Notes: generated by a model from the letters alone, not told the origin. 64,000 nt of DNA from Candidatus Poribacteria bacterium (GCA_965218095.1 OZ244587.1:4608001-4672000); one strand, 5' to 3'; shown: positions 49,009 to 57,710, counted from the first letter of the stretch. Numbers and translations: made by a program.

Positions 49009-50496
49009 CTACTCAAGCGCCCCGATTTTTGCAGTTTCTGGCGCTTTGGTCGGCAGCTTCTGCTTTGCCATCCGATCTTCTGGCACATAACCGGAGTAAT
49101 CTGAAATTGAACCGTGTGTCAGTGCGTAGACCGCGACATTGGTCATGAAACGATAGACGCCGGGGGAGTAATGCACGCCCCGGGTGGGTAAACTGACCGA
49201 CTCCATCGCACACATATAGTCACGACGGACCATCAGGACTGAAAGTTTTTCGCCAACGGAAACGCCTTCAAGGAAATTCCGCTTGTTCTCTCTGAATCGC
49301 AAACCCCAGAAATGGGCAAAACCGACCGGTGGTCCACCCATCTCATAGAAGTTATCGTAGACTTCGTGGTCGTTGGGAACACGCTGAACCTGATATTCGG
49401 GCATCACATATCGCATCTGAGCGAGGAACAAGCGGGTTATGCCGTGGGCCGCCGCGTTTATACCGCAGTCGTCAAAGACGAAGAAACCACCTCTTTCAAC
49501 GAAATACCGCCGCAATGCAGCGGCCTCCGCCTCGGTAAATTTGTTACCTATCTTTTGACCGCCGCCACCGCCGCCGCGTCTAATCAAGTTCTGCCCCTTG
49601 GCCATTGCGGGATCATGGCCTGTCATGAAGATTAACGGGCATTTCTGCAAGTTGGCGTCAGTCAATTTCAACGCGCCGCCTTGAACATTCATGTCCGTTT
49701 TGATCTGCGTTCGGTGATTGAGCCAGTTGGTAAATGCGTTCAGTGAAGACGCATCCGCCCACCAGTCAGAAAGAGTGTGGCGCACGCGCGTGAAGCGGAA
49801 TACACCTCGAATGTCACGACCTTTACCGATGACTCGACCGCCCGGTTCGCCGCGTGGCAGCGGCGGCACTTCAACGTTACCCAGCATGATGTTCTCAACC
49901 ACATCACTCAAGGCGTCGCGAGCGGCTCCTACATGCTCAACCATCGCAAGCCCCGCCGGACGCTTGAAAGCAACCTTCACCTGCACAAGACCGCCCATAC
50001 CACGACCGATGTTCGCCGGCGCGGCGCTTGGAGCCGTTGCAACAGGGGCAGAAAATGCCAACGCACCGGGCGCATCAGAAACGGGCAGGTCAGCGTGCGT
50101 TACCACTTGAGGCACCGGAACATTGGGGTTGACTACTTTCGGAACGTTTGGATTGATAGGTGCATCCAGTTTAACAACTTTATTCGAGAATTCAAGCACA
50201 GTTTGCGGTTGGACTGCGGTCGGACGAACGACAGCCGCCGTCGTCACTCGCGGTTGGACTTGAACTTGCTCAACAACGACGGTACTCGTGGTCGGAACCG
50301 TTGGCTTGACAACCGGTTTGATAACCGGTTTGCGAACCTGGGGTTTGGGGGGATCCTTCGCTTTTAGGACCTCAGCGCCCACTAAATCTTTGAACTGTTG
50401 GGTTTGGGTGACGAGATAGATACCGGCGATAAAGGCAATCACGCCGTGAAGAATCAACGAGATCATCAAAGCTCCTGAAGTTTGCTTGACACTCAT
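49009..50496 (-). CDS. DUF4159-domain protein with N-terminal TM anchor and Pro/Val-rich linker
   Basis: SLILH TM helix; DWW.D.S, P.I.MTGH, LR.Y..E.GG....DDCG, H.VY..FY, D.MCA.E, F.TN...Y. Confidence 0.8.
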   Translation of the reverse strand: MSVKQTSGALMISLILHGVIAFIAGIYLVTQTQQFKDLVGAEVLKAKDPPKPQVRKPVIKPVVKPTVPTTSTVVVEQVQVQPRVTTAAVVRPTAVQPQTVLEFSNKVVKLDAPINPNVPKVVNPNVPVPQVVTHADLPVSDAPGALAFSAPVATAPSAAPANIGRGMGGLVQVKVAFKRPAGLAMVEHVGAARDALSDVVENIMLGNVEVPPLPRGEPGGRVIGKGRDIRGVFRFTRVRHTLSDWWADASSLNAFTNWLNHRTQIKTDMNVQGGALKLTDANLQKCPLIFMTGHDPAMAKGQNLIRRGGGGGGQKIGNKFTEAEAAALRRYFVERGGFFVFDDCGINAAAHGITRLFLAQMRYVMPEYQVQRVPNDHEVYDNFYEMGGPPVGFAHFWGLRFRENKRNFLEGVSVGEKLSVLMVRRDYMCAMESVSLPTRGVHYSPGVYRFMTNVAVYALTHGSISDYSGYVPEDRMAKQKLPTKAPETAKIGALE

Positions 50497-50642
50497 TTGT
50501 TACCTCCAAAATTATTATGATTTGCATTAGCAATTGGACACCCCGTTGCATTATCTTGCAGGGGAAACCAAAGTCTGTTTACTATCCTAGGCGAACTATT
50601 TAACTAACTCCAGGGTTCAAGGGCGAGCAGTCAGGCGCCTCC

Positions 50643-52439
50643 CTATCGATAGAGCAACTCGTCCGAGGCAAACCGGGTGACTTTCTTCCAGTGCACCGTG
50701 TTGTCCCGGTAGTGCTCACGCTGGTAGAGCGGATGGTACACACCTGTTGGCTGGATGTTAACCACCTCGTTCCCCTTGCACACCAGATTGTACGGCTGCT
50801 TCTCGATCGTGACCCAGTGGGTGTGCTCCTCAATCGGGAAGGTCAGCGCCGCTACCGTGCCAGCCGCAGTCTGGCCCACCTGCGCGTAGCGCCCTTGCCA
50901 GCCGACCGTACGGACCTCACCATCCACCCGACAGGTGATTTGCTCCGGCTCGACCCACTCCGGGATGCGTATTGACAGCTCTACGTCCTGCTTGATCTTG
51001 ACATCAACCTGGCCCTCGTAGGGTAGGTAGCTGTCTATATCGGCCCAAGGCGACGTCCGGTTAAGCAGCAGATTCACCCGCAGCTTGCCCCCCTCATGGG
51101 TGAGAATGTGCTCCCAGATGAAGTAGAGTGCCCGTGAGCCAGTTCCGGAGCAGCAGCCGGCGAAGCCCATATTATGGCCGCCCATAAAGTCATTCGGCAA
51201 AGCAGAGCTGGTGAAGGCGCCTACACACGCGTCCCCGACACCTTCTGTCCGCTGGCGGCGAGGGTCCGTTTGGCTCCATGCTGTTGAGGACCCGTGTGGA
51301 CCTGACCAGGCCCGCCGCTCGATCCAGTCGCCGTGGGTTAACTGCTGCTCCACAAACTGGTTGCGCAGCCAACGGTCCACGTCGTCCCAGTAGTCACCCG
51401 CGCCGATAATGCTCAAGCGCAAGCCCAGGCCGATCATGTCCGCCAAGCCGCAGGTCTCGCACATCTGGAAGTTCTCCCGGAAGAGCAGCTCCGGAAAGTA
51501 GCCCGTCCGAGGTTCGCCGTGGACGCGGGCGAACTCGAACCCCTGCTGCGCAAACTCAATCAGTTCTTGGTCGCCGCCTGCAGCCAGGGCGTAGTCTAGG
51601 ATTTCCAGCAGGGAATGGACGTGGGCGTAGAAGTGGGCTTCGGGCCCCGGTCGGCGTTTGCACGCCCGAAAGCTGGCGTCAGGGCCGAAGTGGTTGCCGT
51701 GATTTTTGATGGTCCGCACCAGCTTGCCTGCCAGTTCCAGGCAAGGCTCGTAGCCGGTCTCCTGGAAAAAGAGGAGCAGCCCGTGCACCACCCACCCTCC
51801 ATGGGAGACCATGTGTGGGTTCGGCATGGTCGGATCGGTCCAGGGGATAACGCTCTGGGGAAAGTACGCGTAATCGCCCTTATCCACCACATTCGCCGCC
51901 AGCCCCTGCACCAGCCGCTCGCCGGTCTCTTTCCACAGAGACTCGCGGCTGCGATGATAGTAAAGCGCCAGGATGGTAAGTCCCCAGGCGCCCGTTAAGA
52001 TGGAGGTCCGATCGCCCGTGCTGGCGCCATGGGTCCCGAGCGAGTTGAAGGCCAGCCAGGGCCTTTCCTCGATCTTCTCGTAGAGCAGCCCATCCGGCGC
52101 TTGCATGTGCAGCAGGACCTTCGTCCAATGTTCCTCCACGTGCGTATTGAGGTCGCTGCCGCTCATAATCCGCATGAGTGGCAACTGATCGTGCCATAAC
52201 ATTTGATTCCAGATGTCCCAGTGCCAATGCCCGATAAAGGGAGGATTGCTCCCCAAAACTGTCACGTAGTAAATTTCGTAATCAGCCTCGGGATCGCTCC
52301 GGGATGTTATACTATGGATAGCCAGAGCCGCCCGCTCCTGCAGATCAAGGGTAGCGGGGACCATGGCTTCGTAGCGTTGTCCCTTATAGGGTGGAATCTC
52401 AAAAGCTGGAATCTCCTCACGTATGTACTTGAAATCCAT
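50643..52439 (-). CDS. GH127/DUF1680-like glycoside hydrolase homolog (paralog of 44422-46281)
   Basis: HFYAH, CETC..AD, RNQF.EQQ, GCC.G.G.RALY, PYEG.V, RIPEW. Confidence 0.7.
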   Translation of the reverse strand: MDFKYIREEIPAFEIPPYKGQRYEAMVPATLDLQERAALAIHSITSRSDPEADYEIYYVTVLGSNPPFIGHWHWDIWNQMLWHDQLPLMRIMSGSDLNTHVEEHWTKVLLHMQAPDGLLYEKIEERPWLAFNSLGTHGASTGDRTSILTGAWGLTILALYYHRSRESLWKETGERLVQGLAANVVDKGDYAYFPQSVIPWTDPTMPNPHMVSHGGWVVHGLLLFFQETGYEPCLELAGKLVRTIKNHGNHFGPDASFRACKRRPGPEAHFYAHVHSLLEILDYALAAGGDQELIEFAQQGFEFARVHGEPRTGYFPELLFRENFQMCETCGLADMIGLGLRLSIIGAGDYWDDVDRWLRNQFVEQQLTHGDWIERRAWSGPHGSSTAWSQTDPRRQRTEGVGDACVGAFTSSALPNDFMGGHNMGFAGCCSGTGSRALYFIWEHILTHEGGKLRVNLLLNRTSPWADIDSYLPYEGQVDVKIKQDVELSIRIPEWVEPEQITCRVDGEVRTVGWQGRYAQVGQTAAGTVAALTFPIEEHTHWVTIEKQPYNLVCKGNEVVNIQPTGVYHPLYQREHYRDNTVHWKKVTRFASDELLYR

Positions 52440-52603
52440 AGGGGTTGCCTCCTCAGATAGCAATTGGTTTTTGTAATCGTCCCCTGTGTAATCGTCCCCT
52501 GGTTGTGTTACATTGATTATGTTATGCGCTGCGAACCGAAAATTCTCACCAACTCAGGCGTAGCACCTTGGCTATATTCGGGATATTGCGGTCTGCTCTG
52601 CGT

Positions 52604-53347
52604 TTAGAAACTCTTTATCCGACCCCAGGCGGTTGTGAGTTTGGCTTCAGGTGAAACTGCGAAAAAATTCATATCTATCTTAGGAATCTCATCACCTGTA
52701 ATGACGACGTTATCGAAATGAACCTCGCAATTTCTTCCCAGGATTGCTGCAGCCCCTGTAGCTCGGAACCTACCTAGGAAATTACAAACTAACGTGTCGT
52801 TGATAAACATCCTGTAACGATTTCCATCAGCAACAATTCGCAATGCATACCATCTCCCCTCCTTAATAGGGAAATTGACAGCAACCTCAACAATGTCTGC
52901 GTCTCCTTGAAAGAAGAGTTCGCAAAAAGCCGCATTCCAGTCATCACCTTCTGTCGAAATCTTAACATCTGTACCAGTGATGAAGCCTTTTGTATCGTCG
53001 TAACGAACCCCAATGCTAAAGAATGGCCGCCGGGAGGGAAAATCACATCCAGCATGGAGGAAAGCTTGTTCAACTTTGGCTTGGCACTCAAACTCATAAT
53101 CTTTCCATGTATTATCGCCAATTCCAAGGGTGCTTGCCGATCGACAAACCCCTTGGGAAAGGCAAACCAGTTCGCCTTCTTCCACAAACCATTGGGCTGA
53201 TTCACCATGGATGAAAACATCTCCGGCCTTCCCTTCAAATAGCCGCCACCCATCAAGATTCCCATCGTCAAAGTTATCCCTTAATGTTCGTGCCCATGCC
53301 GATGTTGCCAGCAGGAATAGTATCAACCCAACCATTGTGTGTTTCAT
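52604..53347 (-). CDS. Exported DUF1080/ConA-like domain protein with C-terminal WG-K motif
   Basis: Signal MKHT...SAWA, DNFDDG...GW, W.DY, WY.LRI...G, HFDNVVITG; ends AVSPEAKLTTAWGRIKSF. Confidence 0.8.
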   Translation of the reverse strand: MKHTMVGLILFLLATSAWARTLRDNFDDGNLDGWRLFEGKAGDVFIHGESAQWFVEEGELVCLSQGVCRSASTLGIGDNTWKDYEFECQAKVEQAFLHAGCDFPSRRPFFSIGVRYDDTKGFITGTDVKISTEGDDWNAAFCELFFQGDADIVEVAVNFPIKEGRWYALRIVADGNRYRMFINDTLVCNFLGRFRATGAAAILGRNCEVHFDNVVITGDEIPKIDMNFFAVSPEAKLTTAWGRIKSF

Positions 53348-53718
53348 AACCTTCTCCTGTTTTGAAATTACAAACCACGTCTCCCTCCTCAGCGGGCTAA
53401 CCTTACTTTTACCTACAAGCACCGGCAAAGAGAAAGTGAGAACTCGCTCCCTTGCTTCCTCGCCTCCCTGCCCGATAGCCGCCGGATAAAAAGATCTGGG
53501 TAAAAGTAAGGAATTGGGGGCCAGGGGGCTAAGAACCTGTTTTAAAAACCCAAGTTGCTACTTGAAAAACACCGTTGAGAAATGCTCGGAAGTTGCATAC
53601 TTTTCATACTTTTCCGAGGAAACGGGAGAATTTGATAGAGACAAAAAAGGGTGAGAACTCACGCTAGGACTCATTTCTGGGCGGTTTGCACAGGAAGGGT
53701 ACTCGGAAAAGTACTCAG

Positions 53719-54220
53719 AAACCCAAGTTGCCACCTAAAGAATTGGAAGACTAGAAGATTGGAAGAGTTTATCCCTTCCAGCCTTCCAGTCTTTTTCCTT
53801 CCACCCCTTGCTCAAAATGTAAAGTTTATTCTTGAAACTTGCTTACCGGTGTGCGGAGGATGTTGTGTTTCGAGAAGGATGCCTCTCCCACAGCTCACCT
53901 AACCCCCCGCTAGACGGTTTTGATAATCTCAATGTCACAAATTGTCACAAATTGTCACATAATTTTATCGGATGCGGTCGGCGGGGCAAGGATGCCTCTC
54001 CCACAACCTACGGGGAGAAGCCAACCCCGGTCAAACTTTCCGCTTGCTGCAACTGTGCCCCTAGCAAACGGTTTTGATAATTACGATGTCACAATATATC
54101 ACAAATCGTCACATCAATGTGATATATTGTGACATCGGCAGGCTTTGAGTTAAAAGTGCGGCTTTTTATCCTCGTTGTCTCCATCAAGTTATTTCCTTTC
54201 TAAGGTGGCAACTTGGGTTT
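53719..54220. mobile_element. About 500-bp non-coding MITE-like element
   Basis: Perfect 18-bp IRs AAACCCAAGTTGCCACCT / AGGTGGCAACTTGGGTTT; a third degenerate end at 53546-53563; internal duplicated blocks. Confidence 0.7.
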
Positions 54221-54609
54221 TATTTAGCACTCCTTAACTCAAAAGCCCTAACGATAACATATGCAATTAAGGCAAATATAAATACCACTAAGTATAGCCA
54301 AGCAATCGCTTGAAGGGTTTCGATGATGGTTCGATATGCCTCTAGTATCCATCGATCACTATTCAACTCTAAAACCTGAGAATCTTCGGTAGGTGCACTT
54401 ATATATCTTTCTAGCTCATGTATTCTCACACCACCGGAAATACCAACTACATAAGCAGCAAATTTCACATACTTATGCCACGCACTGCTGATCTCGTCCT
54501 GAATGATGCGCCTAAATATGGTGGATATTGGCTTATTAAAGACCTGCACAACCCAAAATGAGACAACAGCCGCTAAGACGAATGTGACTAACAGTAATGT
54601 AAAAAACAT
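54220..54609 (-). CDS. Small AT-rich membrane protein (3 predicted TM), gene-cassette-like
   Basis: 129-aa ORF with GGAGG RBS, immediately preceded by an attC-like GCGTTAGC site. Confidence 0.8.
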   Translation of the reverse strand: MFFTLLLVTFVLAAVVSFWVVQVFNKPISTIFRRIIQDEISSAWHKYVKFAAYVVGISGGVRIHELERYISAPTEDSQVLELNSDRWILEAYRTIIETLQAIAWLYLVVFIFALIAYVIVRAFELRSAK

Positions 54610-54626
54610 ATATCCTCCATTTACAC

Positions 54627-54646
54627 GCTAACGCCCCAAGTTCAGT
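54627..54646 (-). other. Possible right half of an integron attC site
   Basis: Minus strand ACTGAACTTGGGGCGTTAGC, resembling the L'-spacer-R' (GTTRRRY-like) end of attC, 18 nt before the ATG. Confidence 0.45.
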
Positions 54647-54857
54647 TTGAGTACAGGGCACTTCACATCTTTCACCGCGCCGAGTTCGGGGTCGTAAACC
54701 GTGTCTGTAACTTCCTGCTCATGGATAAAACTGTTGATTAACTCCATCAGGTTATCGGGCTGTAGGATGTCTTCCCACAGGTAGGAGACCTTTAGCCCGA
54801 CGGGTTCAACTGCGCTTCGATGTGGTTTTCAAAGTCTGTTTCGGTATACGTGGGCAT
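54628..54857 (-). pseudogene. hsdR: Type I restriction subunit R (hsdR) remnant with large deletions
   Basis: MPTYTETDFENHIEAQLNPSG* joined out of frame to KVSYLWEDILQPDNLMELINSFIH, which resembles the HsdR N-domain end motif; lies directly after hsdS. Confidence 0.7.
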
Positions 54858-54860
54858 GGT

Positions 54861-56168
54861 CTAAACCTCGCTTCGGACATCTATCTTGCCGGTGACAACT
54901 TCGGAGATGAGGGATTGACGGTATTCTTTGAGGAGTTCAACTTTTCGCTGTTCTGCGGATATCAGTTCGTCGATCTGCTCGGTTTTGCGGTCAAGGAAGT
55001 CGGCGATTTGGGTTTGTTCAGAAAACGACGGGAAGATAGCAGATATATTCTTGAAATTATCATAATATAAGTTATGCCTCTGGTCTACTACTTGGTAAGA
55101 TGCCCTATCAAAGGTCGTTTTATACAAATCAGTCCGAAATAGATAATGAAAATACTTGGAAACTAACTTTGTAGTAGGGCGACAAACCTGATAGGCTGGA
55201 CTGACTATTCCTTCATAATCAGACATACCTATTCCACCTTTCCAAACTGTCATTACATTAAAAGCAATATCGCCAATTTTTACTCTCTTATAGAGAGATT
55301 TGTCCACAGATGAAACATCTTTTTGACCTGTTTCACTTTTTGGAATTATCCCCTTTATGCCAATTGAAAGTAAAATCAAATTTGGATAACCAACATCTCT
55401 AATTTGCTGGAATATAAACTTGTTGCGAATCACTTCCCAATGCTTCGGTATTTCCCCAATCCACTCTACGCCTGATGGTTTCATCTCCACATTTGGGTCA
55501 AGCCCCTTCGTCACTGCCTGATTTATCAGAACAGTTCGTTGTTCTTGCAGCAGTTCTATCTTTCGTTCCTTGATGCGGCTCAGTTCGTCTATCTGTTGGG
55601 TCTTGCGGTCGAGGAAGTTGGCGATTTGGGTTTGTTCTTGTTTGGGTGGTACTGATAGCAGTAACTCGTCAATAGACTGTGTATTAAGGTTAGCCAATCC
55701 AGTAGTCGTTTCACTTTGATATTTATACTGCTCTCGTGCGAGAGGGCAGTTCATGAAGTAGTGCAGAAATTTGCTGTTGATGTGGCTCTTGGGACAAATC
55801 CTTTGAACAAAGTTTGAGTAACAAACGAACATAGACTCGATTTTTTCATCAACGAGACCTGTTTTTCCAATGTGGTCTTGACTACCACTGGATTTCGTGA
55901 TTACCAAATCACCTTTCTTGAGCAAAAATCTTTCTGCTTCTTCCTTGCTAATCTCCCGTTTTATTAAACCCCGTAAATCCCAATGACCATCTATCGTGAT
56001 TTCCGTTGACCGAAGGACATAAGTACCAGTTCCAAATTCATCGTCTTGTCCCCAAATGCCACCAGAGTTTTCAGAGAGATGAAACTTAAACCTACTGCAT
56101 CTCCAATGCGCTGGTATCTCCCCAATCCAATCCACACCACTCTCTTTATATTCAGGATAACGCTTTAT
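54861..56168 (-). CDS. hsdS: Type I R-M specificity subunit HsdS (two TRDs); expected ATG reads ATA
   Basis: (I)KRYPEYKESGVDWIGEIP.HW, PP..EQ.QIA.FLD twice, AVTKGLDP.V.MK.SG.EWIGEIP.HW, L.EYRQSLISE.VTGKIDVR; an in-frame GTG at 56135 is an alternative start. Confidence 0.93.
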   Translation of the reverse strand: MKRYPEYKESGVDWIGEIPAHWRCSRFKFHLSENSGGIWGQDDEFGTGTYVLRSTEITIDGHWDLRGLIKREISKEEAERFLLKKGDLVITKSSGSQDHIGKTGLVDEKIESMFVCYSNFVQRICPKSHINSKFLHYFMNCPLAREQYKYQSETTTGLANLNTQSIDELLLSVPPKQEQTQIANFLDRKTQQIDELSRIKERKIELLQEQRTVLINQAVTKGLDPNVEMKPSGVEWIGEIPKHWEVIRNKFIFQQIRDVGYPNLILLSIGIKGIIPKSETGQKDVSSVDKSLYKRVKIGDIAFNVMTVWKGGIGMSDYEGIVSPAYQVCRPTTKLVSKYFHYLFRTDLYKTTFDRASYQVVDQRHNLYYDNFKNISAIFPSFSEQTQIADFLDRKTEQIDELISAEQRKVELLKEYRQSLISEVVTGKIDVRSEV

Positions 56169-56203
56169 AACGCCAACACCTCACTCAGCAAACCTTCACT
56201 TTT
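56165..56203 (-). pseudogene. Last ~12 codons of a probable hsdM
   Basis: KSEGLLSEVLAL* overlaps the hsdS start (ATAA in place of the usual ATGA) and resembles HsdM C-termini. Confidence 0.5.
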
Positions 56204-56204
56204 C

Positions 56205-56272
56205 CATCGGAAAGGAAATTGGCATCATTCTTCTATTATGCGACAACCTTCCACGCAAATGTCAGCAGAACC
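56205..56272 (-). mobile_element. Isolated left end of an IS5 element related to 5257-6084
   Basis: Minus strand GGTTCTGCTGACATTTGCGTGGAAGGTTGTCGCATAATAGAAGAATGATGCCAAT aligns with 5257-5311. Confidence 0.85.
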
Positions 56273-56284
56273 TAGCACCATTGG

Positions 56285-57136
56285 TTAATACTGCGTTTTC
56301 ACACTGCCCCAGGTTATTGCGAGTTTTGAGGCAGGCTCAACTGCTGCCGCCTCGGGGTTTTTGAAGTTGTTGCGAATTTCCGCATCGCTCAGCACCCGGT
56401 CATACACCCGGACAAGATGGATTGAACCGTTGAAGTTCCGACGCGCTTCAGAACGGACCTGGCAGAAGATCGCGTGATAGTTCATATTCACATCTTTGAC
56501 AAAGTCATGAACAGTCTTTATCGCCTTTTCTTTCTCGCCATCCATCCAGGGCTGAAGTTGGTTGCCTCCTCGTCCGCCTTTATCTTTGTAGGTGAATAAG
56601 ATGTGGTGCCACTTTCCTACCCCGATATCCATGACGCCGTAAGCCACCCGGTTTGCCAACGGGGTCTTCGCCCCTTTGAGGTACATCCACATCGCCCCCC
56701 CGTTCACCGTGTAGAAGCCCAACATGATCCACTGGCTTTGTTCTGTAAACCAACCGCCACCATCCACAGAATGGAAGCCAGCGACCTGGTGCTCATCGCC
56801 ATACGCTGGGCCGTTGCGCTTCAAGATGACCTCGACAGTAAAGTCCTCCAGATGCAGGGTCGGGTTAGCACCGGCCGGGCCGCCGAATATCTGGCTCCCC
56901 CTTTTAGCGGTGAACCGCGCCGGGTTCTTACCCTCGGCCGGTTCGAAAACCGGTGCCGACCCACCGGGTATCACCCCACCGGCGACGCCGCGGTTCTTCC
57001 AGCTACCGTTGACGAGGCTCGCTTCGTCAGCAATAAGCTCAAGCTGGGGGCCTTTGACGGCGCCTCGCGCCATAGAACCGGCCATTGCAAAAAGAAGCGT
57101 CAGACTGAGAATCGCAATTCCTTTTAGGTAGTTCAT
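56285..57136 (-). CDS. Exported LamG-like protein with C-terminal WG-K motif (paralog of 36318-37229)
   Basis: Signal peptide, FTVEV.LKRNG, WHHI.FTY, FNGSIHLVRVYDRVLS..EI; ends AVEPASKLAITWGSVKTQY. Confidence 0.88.
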   Translation of the reverse strand: MNYLKGIAILSLTLLFAMAGSMARGAVKGPQLELIADEASLVNGSWKNRGVAGGVIPGGSAPVFEPAEGKNPARFTAKRGSQIFGGPAGANPTLHLEDFTVEVILKRNGPAYGDEHQVAGFHSVDGGGWFTEQSQWIMLGFYTVNGGAMWMYLKGAKTPLANRVAYGVMDIGVGKWHHILFTYKDKGGRGGNQLQPWMDGEKEKAIKTVHDFVKDVNMNYHAIFCQVRSEARRNFNGSIHLVRVYDRVLSDAEIRNNFKNPEAAAVEPASKLAITWGSVKTQY

Positions 57137-57166
57137 TTTATATCATCCTTTTACTATAAAGTTATA

Positions 57167-57300
57167 TGAGGGTGGTTCATAATTCAATGTACGTCATTGC
57201 TGGCCTCGGGTAAGTTTGTAGTCGGGCGATTTATCGCCCGTCTCAACGCGCAATGAATTGCACTACTACCAACCGCACGATCTATTATGTTCCACCCTCA
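57167..57300. repeat. Inverted-repeat-bounded element containing a GTAG REP doublet (57218-57269)
   Basis: TGAGGGTGGTTCATAAT / ATTATGTTCCACCCTCA (15 of 17 match); inner GTAGTCGGGCGATTTATCGCCCG...GCAATGAATTGCACTACTAC. Confidence 0.7.
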
Positions 57301-57381
57301 ATTATATAACCTCTCTAAAAAGTCGTCAAGCCAAAAGTTGTAAAGCAGCCTCTTGACAGCGGATGCGTTTGAGTGTATAAT
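57301..57381. promoter_or_regulatory. Back-to-back divergent sigma70 promoters between two LamG genes
   Basis: Minus strand: TTGACG-17-TATAAT (57329-57301). Plus strand: TTGACA-17-TATAAT (57353-57381). Confidence 0.75.
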
Positions 57382-57399
57382 TCAAAGGTTGATAGGTGG

Positions 57400-57710
57400 A
57401 AGAGGCGTTGTGGACGTTTGTGCGCCTGGAGGGTGTGGAGCCAACAAATCACGCCGTGGAACGAGCGGTACGGTCGGGTGTGCTATAGCGCAAGGGGAGT
57501 TTCGGCCGTCTAGCACCGATGGCATCCGCTTTGTGGGACGGATTTGGACAGTGGTTGCCACACTCAGACAGCAAAAACGCAATGTCCTTGCATCTCTGAC
57601 GGAGGCCTGCGAAACCACGATTCAGGGCGAAAAGGCGCCATCGCTGCTTCCTAATGAGATGGTCGGCAGCCAACCGACTGGGTAACCTCTACGACCACCT
57701 GAACAGTTAG
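57400..57710 (+). mobile_element. IS66 remnant: TnpC transposase C-terminus plus right end
   Basis: Broken GVEPTN..ER..R....RKGSFG..S..G.RFV.RI.TVVATLRQQKRNVL..LT.AC....G..APSLLP; ends ACCTGAACAGTTAG (compare the MITE end ACCTGAACGGTTAC). Confidence 0.85.

Noticed and set aside
53870-54135. CRISPR array
   Set aside because: Only two degenerate blocks and 10-bp tandem units are present; there is no regular repeat-spacer pattern and no cas genes.
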